From an uncultured Desulfobacterales bacterium (GTDB lineage: Bacteria > Desulfobacterota > Dissulfuribacteria > Dissulfuribacterales > QOAL01), in contig CAZNKD010000009.1 of assembly GCA_964573615.1 (NCBI GenBank), forward strand, positions 37,327 to 101,326: a stretch of 64,000 nt of DNA. Direction: 5' to 3'. The notes under the pieces were generated by a model, which saw only the letters and a program-made list of their open reading frames with translations, ran no database searches and was not told where the DNA came from. This document shows, one piece after another, positions 55,548-64,000 of the stretch. The position numbers were made by a program, and so were the translations under genes. Numbering within the stretch: the first letter of the stretch is position 1; every line of letters starts with the position of its first letter.

Positions 55548-56555
55548 TCAGAACTTGACCCGGTTTCTGCCCTCTTCCTTTGCGGCATAGAGCATCTGGT
55601 CTGCCCGTTCTATCACCTCACGCACATCAGGCTCGCCCTGCCAGGAGGCAACCCCGAATGAGGCAGTGATCTTGAGCTTGAGGCCCTGACGGTTCACTAT
55701 GAACCGGCTCTTGTTCATGCGAATGCAGAAGGATTCCGCAAGCTCAACCGCCTCTTTGATATCCACTCCTGGAAGGATCACAGAAAACTCCTCCCCACCA
55801 TAGCGATATACAGAGCCAGAGGATGCAAAGTGCCCTTTCAGGAGGGCTGCAAACTGTCTGAGCAGGGCATCGCCCACCGGATGCCCGTAGGAGTCGTTGA
55901 CATTCTTGAAGTGATCAAGGTCGATCATTATCAGGGAGAATGTGCGCTCCTTGTCGGGATTCTCCTTGATCCCTCTGTTGAGATCATCCACGTCCTGATC
56001 CCAAGCCCGGCGGTTCAAGGCACCGGTCAGGGCATCTTCGTTCACCTTCTTGGCAAGATCGCTCAGGAGCTGCTCCTGCTTGGCCACATTGTCAAGGACG
56101 CTCCTTACGCTGTGGAGGAAATTCTCGTTCGTATCCTTTATGGCATCGAGGTGGCTCGATATCTCCCTTCCTGTCCCTATACCAGAGTCAAGCATGGCGC
56201 CATGCATCTCCCGTAGCTTTTCATCGAGGAGGGAGATATTCTGCCTTGCATCCTTTTCAAACTCGCTGAAGATCTTCTGTGCCTCGGCCAGCCTGTCCCT
56301 GGCACCATGGATTATGGTCTTGATCCTGGAGGCTACTGCATCCTGATCCTGCCTTACGAGTTCCAGGACCGTCTGCTTCTTGAGGGTGTTTGCAGCCTCG
56401 AGAAACTCTCTTTCATAGCACTTGGGAAGCGGGGGCGTGTTGCTGTTTATGAGGTTGTGAAGACACGATCTTGCCACCTCAGAGATATCCTGCAGAACAT
56501 TTCTCCAAGAGGTATCCAGAAACTCCTGAGATTGGCCTTCGACTACCTTGGTCAC
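55548..56555 (-). CDS. Diguanylate cyclase (GGDEF domain) with an N-terminal helical sensor region
   Basis: RYGGEEFSVIL active site. An RxxD-like I-site was not checked. Confidence 0.9.
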   Translation of the reverse strand: MTKVVEGQSQEFLDTSWRNVLQDISEVARSCLHNLINSNTPPLPKCYEREFLEAANTLKKQTVLELVRQDQDAVASRIKTIIHGARDRLAEAQKIFSEFEKDARQNISLLDEKLREMHGAMLDSGIGTGREISSHLDAIKDTNENFLHSVRSVLDNVAKQEQLLSDLAKKVNEDALTGALNRRAWDQDVDDLNRGIKENPDKERTFSLIMIDLDHFKNVNDSYGHPVGDALLRQFAALLKGHFASSGSVYRYGGEEFSVILPGVDIKEAVELAESFCIRMNKSRFIVNRQGLKLKITASFGVASWQGEPDVREVIERADQMLYAAKEEGRNRVKF

Positions 56556-56618
56556 AGCAACTCTCCTGATTTTACTGCTATTTTTTTATCGATTTGAAGA
56601 GAAAAAGGACTACAGGTG

Positions 56619-57689
56619 CTACTTCAAGGACCAGAACCTGGACTGGAAGGAAAGCGCCCTGTCAAGCTCCTTAAAATCTATATCGGAAGATTTAGATGAC
56701 TCTAAAATCCTATCGATTTCCGTATGGTTTTTCCTGCAAATTCGGAGCACCTCAAGCACCCCATCCCTCAATCCAGTAAGATTGTATCCGCCCTCTAGGG
56801 TGAATATCACCCTGCCATCACAGGTATCACGAGCCATCTGTAAGATGCTTGCAGCAAGGAGCCCAAATCCATCGGCACTCACCATCATGCCCCCCAAGGG
56901 GTCATCGCGGTAGATGTCAAAGCCGGCAGAGACCAGGATCAGCTCGGGCTTGAACTCGAGGCATATGGGTCTCAAGAGTCTCGAAAAGACGGCGTAGTAC
57001 TCCTGATCACCCTTGCCGGCAGACATGGGAACGTTCACCGTATAGCCCTCGCCCTTGCCGCTGCCTGCCTCCTCAAGGCGTCCGGTGCCCGGATAGTAGG
57101 GAAACTGATGGGTGGAGAAGTAGAGCACCCTATCATCGTCGTAGAAGCTGTGCTGTGTGCCGTTTCCGTGGTGCAGGTCCCAGTCCACGATCAGGATCCG
57201 CTCAAGCCCGTGGATATTCATGGCATAATGGGCGGCAAGGGCGACATTGTTGAAGAGGCAAAAGCCCATGGCCCTGTCACGCTCGGCGTGGTGGCCAGGT
57301 GGCCTTACAAGCCCAAAGCCGTTGGCTGCCCTCCTCTCCATCACCTCATCCACCAGGACGAACAGCCCGCCTGCCGCCTTTATGGCCGCCTCCCAGGAAT
57401 AGGCAGAGGTGGATGTATCGGGATCGAGCTGATAGTGCTCCACGCCGGCAGTCCGGCTGATCCTCTCTATATAGGCAGGATCATGGTTCCAGGCCAGCTC
57501 CTGCCTGGTAGCGGCCCTGGGCGCCACCTGTTCAAAGCCGGGGCTATCCGAAAGTCTGTTGTCCAGGGCGGAGTATATGGTCTTGAGCCGTTCCGGAGAC
57601 TCGGGATGCCAGAGGCCTGGCTCGTGCTTTATATAGATCTCGTCTCTCAGGATAAGTGTGGGAAGGGTCAGGGACGACATTTCCTGCAT
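56619..57689 (-). CDS. Histone deacetylase-family (class II/AcuC-like) deacetylase
   Basis: PPGHHAERDRAMGFCLFNN and DWDLHHGNGTQ motifs. The start is trimmed to MQEM (57689 or 57680) because the track extension overlaps the upstream nuclease gene. Confidence 0.88.
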   Translation of the reverse strand: MQEMSSLTLPTLILRDEIYIKHEPGLWHPESPERLKTIYSALDNRLSDSPGFEQVAPRAATRQELAWNHDPAYIERISRTAGVEHYQLDPDTSTSAYSWEAAIKAAGGLFVLVDEVMERRAANGFGLVRPPGHHAERDRAMGFCLFNNVALAAHYAMNIHGLERILIVDWDLHHGNGTQHSFYDDDRVLYFSTHQFPYYPGTGRLEEAGSGKGEGYTVNVPMSAGKGDQEYYAVFSRLLRPICLEFKPELILVSAGFDIYRDDPLGGMMVSADGFGLLAASILQMARDTCDGRVIFTLEGGYNLTGLRDGVLEVLRICRKNHTEIDRILESSKSSDIDFKELDRALSFQSRFWSLK

Positions 57690-58345
57690 GGACAGTACCC
57701 CCTTTTGAAGGCTTCTATGCGCCTTTTGATTATTACACGATTCCTGGACGATGTCTTCTTCCCATTTGGACACCAGGGCCTGTGAAAGCGCATGCTGTGC
57801 CTGTTGCCAATATAGTATGGCTCCAGATCCTTTGCTCTTATGCTCCAGATCCCCACCCGCCGGGATATGGCCGAGCGCTGGGCTGCCAGGAGCCGCTTCC
57901 AGTATCTGTTTCCTCCCTGGTAGCGGCATGCCATTGCAAGGCCGTTTCGCACCAGGATCTCGCTTACGAGCTTTCCATTTCTCAGATAGACATGGGCCAG
58001 GAGCCGCCCATAGCGGTCATGGGAGCGCTGTCTGTCTATCTCGATATCTATGACCTTGCCCTGCACCAACCTCCTGTTGGCCTCCTTGGCCTCCTGGGCA
58101 AAGGGCTCTGCCGGCCGATTCTCCTTGGCCAGCTCCGGGGCATTTATTCCCACATAGCGCAGGTGCCTGCCATCTTTCAGCACGATGGTATCTCCATCTA
58201 TGACATAGGTGCAGAGCACACGCTGGCGGCTTGCCCCCTGACACCCCATGGTCAGCAGAAGTGTCATCAAAATGGAAAGGGCCAGCACTGTGGCTGGCCC
58301 CAGGACCATGGTGTTTCCATGGATCTTATCTTCAGGAAGATTCAT
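57668..58345 (-). CDS. Thermonuclease (SNase-like) lipoprotein with a C-terminal Ada-type Cys4 zinc domain
   Basis: Lipobox LLLTMGC; SNase core VIDGDTIVL...RYVGINAPE...DRYGRLLAHVY; C-terminus RFHRPWCP...GYCPCRKCRP resembles the Ada metal-binding domain. Confidence 0.85.
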   Translation of the reverse strand: MNLPEDKIHGNTMVLGPATVLALSILMTLLLTMGCQGASRQRVLCTYVIDGDTIVLKDGRHLRYVGINAPELAKENRPAEPFAQEAKEANRRLVQGKVIDIEIDRQRSHDRYGRLLAHVYLRNGKLVSEILVRNGLAMACRYQGGNRYWKRLLAAQRSAISRRVGIWSIRAKDLEPYYIGNRHSMRFHRPWCPNGKKTSSRNRVIIKRRIEAFKRGYCPCRKCRP

Positions 58346-58372
58346 GAGGCTACACCCTCGATTCGGAAGATC

Positions 58373-59269
58373 TTAAGCTGTCTGAGGCAGATCCCTTCCG
58401 GTAATGCGCCTGTACGCCTCCAGATAGCGCTGCCTCGTCTTGTCTATTATCTCCTGCGGTAGCTTTGGTGCAGGGGGCTTCTTGTCCCACTTTATGGACT
58501 CGAGATAGTCGCGCACGAACTGCTTGTCGAAGCTTGCCTGGGAGCGGCCGGGCTCATAGTCGTCCAGGGGCCAGAAACGGGAGGAGTCCGGTGTCAAGAC
58601 CTCGTCTATCAGGATGATCTCACCGTCGTAGATGCCAAACTCGAACTTGGTATCGGCAATGATGATCCCCTTTGACAGGGCGTAGTCAGCGGCCTCCTGG
58701 TAGAGCCGAAGGCTTATCTCCTTCACCTTTTCAGCAGTATCGGCGCCTACTATCTCCTTGGCCCTTTCAAAGGATATGTTTTCGTCATGGAGACCCGCCT
58801 CGGCCTTGGTGGATGGAGTGAATATGGGCTCTGGCAGCTTGTCGGACTCCTTCAGGCCAGCAGGCAGCTCGATGCCGCATATCTGACCGCTCTTCTGATA
58901 GGACTTCCAACCAGACCCGGATATGTAGCCCCTTACTATGCACTCTATGGCAAGGGGGCGAGCGATCTTGACCAGCATGCTCCTTCCTTCGAGCTGATCC
59001 GCATATTGCTGGAGCTCCTGCGGATAGCGGGACACATCGGTCTCCACCAGGTGATTTGGCACTATATGGCCGAGTTTTTCAAACCAGAAGAGCGAAAGCT
59101 GGGTCAGCACCCTGCCCTTGTCCGGGATCGGATCTGGCAGCACCACGTCGAAGGCCGACAGCCTGTCTGTTGCAACCAGCAGCAGGTTCTCTCCCACCTT
59201 GTAGATATCCCTCACCTTTCCCTTGTTGACAAGTTCCACGCCCTTCAAGTCGGTCTCAAAAACAACCAT
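58373..59269 (-). CDS. purC: Phosphoribosylaminoimidazole-succinocarboxamide synthase
   Basis: GKVRDIY and the long-form SAICAR synthetase pattern. Confidence 0.95.
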   Translation of the reverse strand: MVVFETDLKGVELVNKGKVRDIYKVGENLLLVATDRLSAFDVVLPDPIPDKGRVLTQLSLFWFEKLGHIVPNHLVETDVSRYPQELQQYADQLEGRSMLVKIARPLAIECIVRGYISGSGWKSYQKSGQICGIELPAGLKESDKLPEPIFTPSTKAEAGLHDENISFERAKEIVGADTAEKVKEISLRLYQEAADYALSKGIIIADTKFEFGIYDGEIILIDEVLTPDSSRFWPLDDYEPGRSQASFDKQFVRDYLESIKWDKKPPAPKLPQEIIDKTRQRYLEAYRRITGRDLPQTA

Positions 59270-59314
59270 GTCTCTTTCGCTCCTTGGATGAATGGATTGT
59301 GTTGTAGATGGTCC

Positions 59315-60688
59315 TCAGCTATTTAACATAAAAACCAGATATGAAAAGCCCATGAGATATATGAGCCCTGCAATGGACCAGCTGCGCCACATGCTCACCA
59401 GCCCTTGGAACTCGCCTGAGATGAAACGATAGAGCACAAAGAGGCTCACAACGACGGCAAAACAGATGATGAGGCTGTCGAGCAGGGGGAATATCCAGTC
59501 CGGGCAGACAAAGGTCCAAGACATGAGTGACGGCAGCCCGAACTGCCTTGCAAGGGTGGGGAAGAAGTCCGGGGCATTGGCCACTGCATAGTTGAGCCTG
59601 TATGCCAGCTCACCTGCAAAGGCCATGGGCAGAAGAATAGGCACCATGGGCGAGAACTTGCCGAAGAGCTCATCCTCTGTGAATCCGAAGAGCCAGGCCC
59701 CAAGCCTTATGATGGCATAGACATATATGAAGCCAACGGCCATGAAGACCAGGTTTAGGCCCATGCTCAATGCAACCGGCTCATGGCTCAACATGATGGG
59801 AGGTGCCCAGATGCTCTGCCCCCAGAAGCGGACGAGCTGGGAGCCCATGAGAAATGGGATTATGTAGGAGCAGGTTATGAACCTCCCCTTGTTGGTGAGC
59901 AGCTCTCTTAGAGGGCTTCGAATGTTGAGCTGGGGAGAGCCCTTGTCACACGCCTTCAGACAGTGGCCGCACACCAGGCACTCCAGGTTGTTTCGCACAT
60001 TGTAGGCCCCGAGAAAGACCGGGCACCCCTCCACCTGCCCTGGGATGCCGCGCTTGCAGGCAAAGGTCTTGCACTCCCGGCACTTGTCGTGGTCCGGCCT
60101 GAACTCCAGCAGAGAGACCGTGGAGGCGACCCCTATCAACCTGCCCATTGGGCAGAGGTAGCGGCACCAGGTCTGTTTTGGAAAGACCATGGCCGTGATG
60201 GTGGCACCAGCCAGGATCGAAAGGATCAGCAGGGCCGTAGCCCTTGGAGACTCCTTTATGGGCGTGGACTCCTCGATCCAGAATATCAGGATCAGAAGAA
60301 ACAGGGACCAGTAGGCGGCGTGTTTCCTGAGAGAATGGGGGATCTTGAGATCGAGGCAGAGACCTAATTTCTGTGCCAGTCTGCCGACACCGGGAAAGGG
60401 GCAGAAGCCGCACCACATGCGGCCCACAAAGAACCAGCTCAGAACTATGGAGGGCCACCAGACACCCCAGGAGAGATAGAGGCTGCAGTTCCTTTCCGGC
60501 TCCTGGGGGCCAAAGAGGCCGATGAGGATGAGAAACGAGAATATCACGTCCCCGATGGTCCTGATGACCGCATGGAGACGGCGCCTCTTGAAGAAGTGAT
60601 AGATGGAGGGGAAGGCCTTGAACAGATCGATCCTGTCTTCAGGCGCACAATCAAGGATTATGTTTATAAGCCTGCCTATGGACGACAA
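59315..60688 (-). CDS. Polytopic membrane protein with 4Fe-4S-binding Cys motifs (NapH/NosR-like polyferredoxin)
   Basis: Multiple TM segments; WCGFCPFP, WCRYLCPMGRL, CRECKTFAC and CLVCGHCLKAC motifs. Confidence 0.8.
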   Translation of the reverse strand: MSSIGRLINIILDCAPEDRIDLFKAFPSIYHFFKRRRLHAVIRTIGDVIFSFLILIGLFGPQEPERNCSLYLSWGVWWPSIVLSWFFVGRMWCGFCPFPGVGRLAQKLGLCLDLKIPHSLRKHAAYWSLFLLILIFWIEESTPIKESPRATALLILSILAGATITAMVFPKQTWCRYLCPMGRLIGVASTVSLLEFRPDHDKCRECKTFACKRGIPGQVEGCPVFLGAYNVRNNLECLVCGHCLKACDKGSPQLNIRSPLRELLTNKGRFITCSYIIPFLMGSQLVRFWGQSIWAPPIMLSHEPVALSMGLNLVFMAVGFIYVYAIIRLGAWLFGFTEDELFGKFSPMVPILLPMAFAGELAYRLNYAVANAPDFFPTLARQFGLPSLMSWTFVCPDWIFPLLDSLIICFAVVVSLFVLYRFISGEFQGLVSMWRSWSIAGLIYLMGFSYLVFMLNS

Positions 60689-60720
60689 CAGACCTCCACC
60701 TCTCTATACCCGCTTGAGGG

Positions 60721-61542
60721 CTATGTCTTGCAGGCCTGCTTGAGGCTGCCCACGAACCTTGCCACCTTCTCCACCGCCTTGTCCCTCTTGGACGGGTTCT
60801 TCCCGGCCCTCTGGAACTCCTCGTGTATCATCTTGACTATGGCGCTGCCCACAATTATCCCATCCGCCTTGCTGGCCAGGGCCGAGACCTGTTCCGGCCT
60901 GGAGATGCCAAAGCCCACACAGACAGGGATGGACGAAAGGGCCCGGACCCTTTCAAGGCCCTGGGCAACCGTCTTTGGGAGCTCGGTTCTCGCCCCGGTG
61001 ATCCCCAGCACCGACACATAATATAAAAATCCCCTGGAGGCCCTGGCATTCTTGCGCACCCGATCCTCAGGCGTGTTCGGGGCCACCAGAAATATGTTGG
61101 CCATGTCCTTGGCCCTGGCCTCCTTGAGCCAGGGGCCTGCCTCCTCCAGGGGAAGGTCCGGGATGATGGTGCCATCGGCCCCTGCCTGTGATGCGTCACG
61201 GGCAAAGCTTGCAAGCCCATAGCGCAGGATCGGATTGTAATATCCCATGAGGACGATGGGGATCTGGGTCTGCCTCCTTATCCTTGCAACGAGATGGAGC
61301 ACCTTTTCGGTATTGACCCCCGAATCGAGCGCCCTGAAGCTTGCCGCCTGGATGGTCGGGCCATCTGCAAGGGGATCGGAAAAGGGAAGCCCAAGCTCTA
61401 TGATGTCGGCTCCGGCCTCGGCCATCTCCACGACCAGGGCCTCCGTTGCCTCCATATCCGGATCCCCCGATGTGACAAAGGGGATCATGGCAGCCTCGCC
61501 CTGTGCCTTAAGCTCCCTGAATCTCTTGTCTATCCTATTCAT
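60721..61542 (-). CDS. trpA: Tryptophan synthase alpha chain
   Basis: Collinear TrpA pattern (IPFVTSGDP...[14 protein letters not shown]). The start at 61542 (or 61548) overlaps the trpB stop. Confidence 0.92.
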   Translation of the reverse strand: MNRIDKRFRELKAQGEAAMIPFVTSGDPDMEATEALVVEMAEAGADIIELGLPFSDPLADGPTIQAASFRALDSGVNTEKVLHLVARIRRQTQIPIVLMGYYNPILRYGLASFARDASQAGADGTIIPDLPLEEAGPWLKEARAKDMANIFLVAPNTPEDRVRKNARASRGFLYYVSVLGITGARTELPKTVAQGLERVRALSSIPVCVGFGISRPEQVSALASKADGIIVGSAIVKMIHEEFQRAGKNPSKRDKAVEKVARFVGSLKQACKT

Positions 61543-62800
61543 GGCCATCTGCCCTGCCCCCTCCTCCGAAGATCTCCGCAACGGTTGCCACGTCCTTGTC
61601 TCCGCGGCCCGAGAGATTTATCACCACGACACTCCCCTTCTTGAACTGCCCTGCCTCCCGTTTCAGCCAGGCAATGGCATGGGCGCTTTCAAGGGCAGGG
61701 ATGATACCCTCTGTCTCCGAAAGGAGCCTGAATCCATCCAGGGCCTCGTCGTCGTCCACTGCATGATACTCCGCCCTGCCACTATCCTTGTACAGGCTGT
61801 GCTCAGGCCCCACCCCTGGGTAGTCTAGGCCAGGGGCAACCGAATGGGCACCCTTTATCTGCCCCCACCTGTCCTGGAGCAAATAGCTCATGGTCCCATG
61901 GAGGACACCGGGCTCTCCGACGCTGAGGGTGGCGGAGTGGTGTTCGGTATCCACCCCCTCACCGGCAGCCTCCACACCGATGAGCCTGACAGAGCCCTCC
62001 TTGGCAAAGGGGTAGAAGATGCCCATGGCATTGCTCCCGCCGCCTACACAGGCGATCACGGCATCTGGCAGCCTGCCTACCGCACGTCTGATCTGCTGCC
62101 TGGTCTCGCGGCCTATGACGCTCTGGAAATCCCTGACCATCATGGGATAGGGATGCGGACCAACCACCGAGCCTATGATGTAGTGGGTGGTCTCCACATT
62201 GGTCACCCAGTCCCTGATGGCCTCGTTGATGGCATCCTTCAGGGTCTGGGTGCCTGAATCCACCGGGATGACCTTGGCCCCTGTAAGCTCCATGCGAAAT
62301 ACGTTCATGGCCTGGCGCACGGTGTCCTTCCTGCCCATATAGACCTCGCACTTGAGCCCCATGAGGGCTGCGGCAGTAGCTGTGGCGACACCGTGCTGAC
62401 CCGCCCCGGTCTCTGCGATGATGCGCTCTTTGCCCATCTCCTTGGCAAGGAGGATCTGCCCAATGGTATTGTTGATCTTGTGGGCCCCTGTGTGAGTCAG
62501 GTCCTCTCTTTTGAGAAAGACCCTTATATGCCCACCCACTGCCTCGGCGAGCCTCTTTGCCTCATAGAGGGCGGTAGGCCTTCCCACGTACTCCTTCAAT
62601 ATCCTTGAAAACTCCGCCTTGAAGCCAGGATCCCTCCTGAGCCGCCTGTAGGCCTCTTCGAGCTCGAGCAGAGCCGGCATCAGCGTCTCCGGGACATACC
62701 TGCCTCCAAATGGGCCGAAGTGGCCCTTCCTGTCCGGATTTGACCGGAATTTCACACCCTTTTTCAAGTTAAACCTCCAGTTGCAGCTCCTTGAGTGCAA
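61535..62800 (-). CDS. trpB: Tryptophan synthase beta chain
   Basis: [15 protein letters not shown] and the PLP-lysine region HTGAHKINN. The start is ambiguous (ATG 62800 overlapping trpF, or GTG 62755). Confidence 0.93.
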   Translation of the reverse strand: MHSRSCNWRFNLKKGVKFRSNPDRKGHFGPFGGRYVPETLMPALLELEEAYRRLRRDPGFKAEFSRILKEYVGRPTALYEAKRLAEAVGGHIRVFLKREDLTHTGAHKINNTIGQILLAKEMGKERIIAETGAGQHGVATATAAALMGLKCEVYMGRKDTVRQAMNVFRMELTGAKVIPVDSGTQTLKDAINEAIRDWVTNVETTHYIIGSVVGPHPYPMMVRDFQSVIGRETRQQIRRAVGRLPDAVIACVGGGSNAMGIFYPFAKEGSVRLIGVEAAGEGVDTEHHSATLSVGEPGVLHGTMSYLLQDRWGQIKGAHSVAPGLDYPGVGPEHSLYKDSGRAEYHAVDDDEALDGFRLLSETEGIIPALESAHAIAWLKREAGQFKKGSVVVINLSGRGDKDVATVAEIFGGGGRADGHE

Positions 62801-63405
62801 GCCCTTATGAATCGCTCCACCCGACAGAGGTCCTTGATGCCAGGCCGAAGCTCAAGCCTGGAGCTTGCATCCACTCCAAAGGGCCTGACCTGCCTTATCG
62901 CCTGGGCAACATTTCCCTCATCCAGCCCCCCTGCAAGTATGACGGGAAGAGCCGAATTCTCTATGACCCTGCGGGCAAGAGTCCAGTCACCTGTCAAGCC
63001 GGTTCCGCCATGCGCCTCGGGGCTGTAAGAGTCGACAAGGAGGGCCCTTACACAATCTTCATATCCCTTGGCAGCCTCGACATCCTCAAGATCCTTGAGC
63101 CTCAGGGCCTTGATAGCCCTTTTCTTGAGCCGGCGGCAATATTCCGGCGGCTCACCGCCGTGAAGCTGTATCAGGTCGAGCCCCACTCGGGAACAGATCG
63201 CCTCTACACTGGCCATGGGCTCGTTCACGAAGACCCCGACACTCTTGACCTCAGGGCCGAGTCTCTCCACTATCTCCCTTGCCCTTTCAGGGCAGATGTA
63301 ACGCGGGCTGCTCCTGACAAAGATGAAACCCAGACACTGGGCGCCCATCTCGCTGATCGCCCTCGCCTGTGCATGGCTGGTTATCCCGCATATCTTTATG
63401 AACAT
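62764..63405 (-). CDS. trpF: Phosphoribosylanthranilate isomerase
   Basis: [10 protein letters not shown]-terminus and a TIM-barrel TrpF pattern. Confidence 0.9.
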   Translation of the reverse strand: MFIKICGITSHAQARAISEMGAQCLGFIFVRSSPRYICPERAREIVERLGPEVKSVGVFVNEPMASVEAICSRVGLDLIQLHGGEPPEYCRRLKKRAIKALRLKDLEDVEAAKGYEDCVRALLVDSYSPEAHGGTGLTGDWTLARRVIENSALPVILAGGLDEGNVAQAIRQVRPFGVDASSRLELRPGIKDLCRVERFIRACTQGAATGGLT

Positions 63406-63475
63406 GATATCTTAAAAAAAATCCCTAAATTGCCTGACAAGCCGACCAAGCAGCAAGGCGGCCCCAGGGCCCTGC

Positions 63476-64000
63476 TTATACCAGAAACTGCTTGAGCTTG
63501 CCTATCCTGTCATCAGAGGTCACCAGAGACTCTCCTATCAGGAGGGCGCTTACGCCGTGCTCCTTGAGATATCTGGCGTCCTGTCCGGACCTTATTCCGC
63601 TCTCACTGACCACCGGGATGCTGTCAGGGATCACCCCCTTGACCCGGACGGTGGTCTCGAGAGATACAGAGAAATCCTTCAGGTTCCTGTTATTTATGCC
63701 GATCAGGGCCGCCCCTGAGGAGAGGGCCTTTTCCGCCTCGACTTCGTCGTGCACCTCCACCAGGCATGCCAAGGAAAGCTCCCGGGCATGGGCCAGGAAC
63801 TCGGATATCTGGGAAGCGGTGAGGATTGCGGCAATGAGCAGGATCGCATCCGCCCCCCAGCGTCGGGCCTCGTCTATCTGGATGTGGTCTATGATGAAGT
63901 CCTTCCTGAGGAGCGGAAGGTCAACCGCACGTCTTACATCCATGAGATAGGACAGGGAGCCCTTGAAGAACTCCTCATCCGTCAATACGGACATGGCCGA
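63476..64000 (-). CDS. trpC: Indole-3-glycerol phosphate synthase (C-terminal part; gene runs off the window end)
   Basis: LRKDFIID...ADAILLI...EVH...IGINNRNL...SESGI pattern. The frame stays open to position 64000. Confidence 0.9.
   Translation of the reverse strand, partial: SAMSVLTDEEFFKGSLSYLMDVRRAVDLPLLRKDFIIDHIQIDEARRWGADAILLIAAILTASQISEFLAHARELSLACLVEVHDEVEAEKALSSGAALIGINNRNLKDFSVSLETTVRVKGVIPDSIPVVSESGIRSGQDARYLKEHGVSALLIGESLVTSDDRIGKLKQFLV

Noticed and set aside
57690-57929. 80-codon N-terminal extension of the HDAC-family ORF
   Set aside because: It overlaps the C-terminal third of the SNase gene in another frame. The conserved HDAC domain begins shortly after the internal Met at 57689.
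1-64000. Scanned for CRISPR arrays, IS elements with terminal inverted repeats, integrases next to the two tRNAs, prophage genes and toxin-antitoxin pairs
   Set aside because: No spaced direct-repeat arrays and no transposase- or integrase-like ORFs were seen. Both tRNAs sit in conserved housekeeping synteny. The only repeats found are short local duplications and hairpins. A genome-wide repeat search was not possible by eye.

Overview
This is a gene-dense 64-kb stretch that reads like core chromosome. It comes from a moderately GC-rich anaerobe (roughly 55-60% GC by eye, not computed). Gene content and synteny give it a delta-proteobacterial/Desulfobacterota flavour, which is inference only. 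I can support about 62 protein genes, 2 tRNAs and the RNase P RNA. I saw no transposase, integrase, phage, CRISPR or toxin-antitoxin signatures, so this is not an obvious accessory island. Recognisable blocks, left to right: larE (partial)-COG1900-CBS and a hypothetical-larB pair; an APH/P-loop kinase fusion; bioF-bioH-like-bioC; nfo; pilT-pilU-like-Zn-ribbon protein; ftsE-ftsX-envC-like-S41 protease-yibQ-like; queF; a CDF transporter; a 1085-aa M1/ChaN/PDZ fusion; glk-(Cys-rich small orf)-cobU-cobT; usp; prmA-like; M23 peptidases; ispE-tRNA-Gln-prs-rplY(ctc)-pth; xseA; a FlaG-like gene; a 586-aa repeat protein; mazG-mnmG; an orphan histidine kinase; ispA-dxs; tRNA(CAU)-nif3-COG1579-rnpB-panB; a small Zn-ribbon gene plus ATP-grasp ligase; a DHH phosphoesterase; a glgC-like gene; GGDEF; HDAC; SNase; purC; a polyferredoxin-like membrane protein; trpC(partial)FBA. 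I do not see a clear-cut novel multi-gene system. The best follow-up candidates are (1) the 586-aa protein built from about 8 winged-helix-like repeats, (2) the Zn-ribbon small protein plus RimK-type ATP-grasp pair, (3) the M1-ChaN/Tiki-PDZ fusion, (4) the unusually long 650-bp gap between convergent dxs and panB, which carries a sigma-54-like promoter, palindromes and a tiny Cys/Arg-rich ORF, and (5) small unannotated or cysteine-rich ORFs. Coordinates of non-ORF features were read by hand, anchored on ORF-track boundaries where possible, and may be off by 1-2 nt. All family assignments come from motif recognition, not from database searches.
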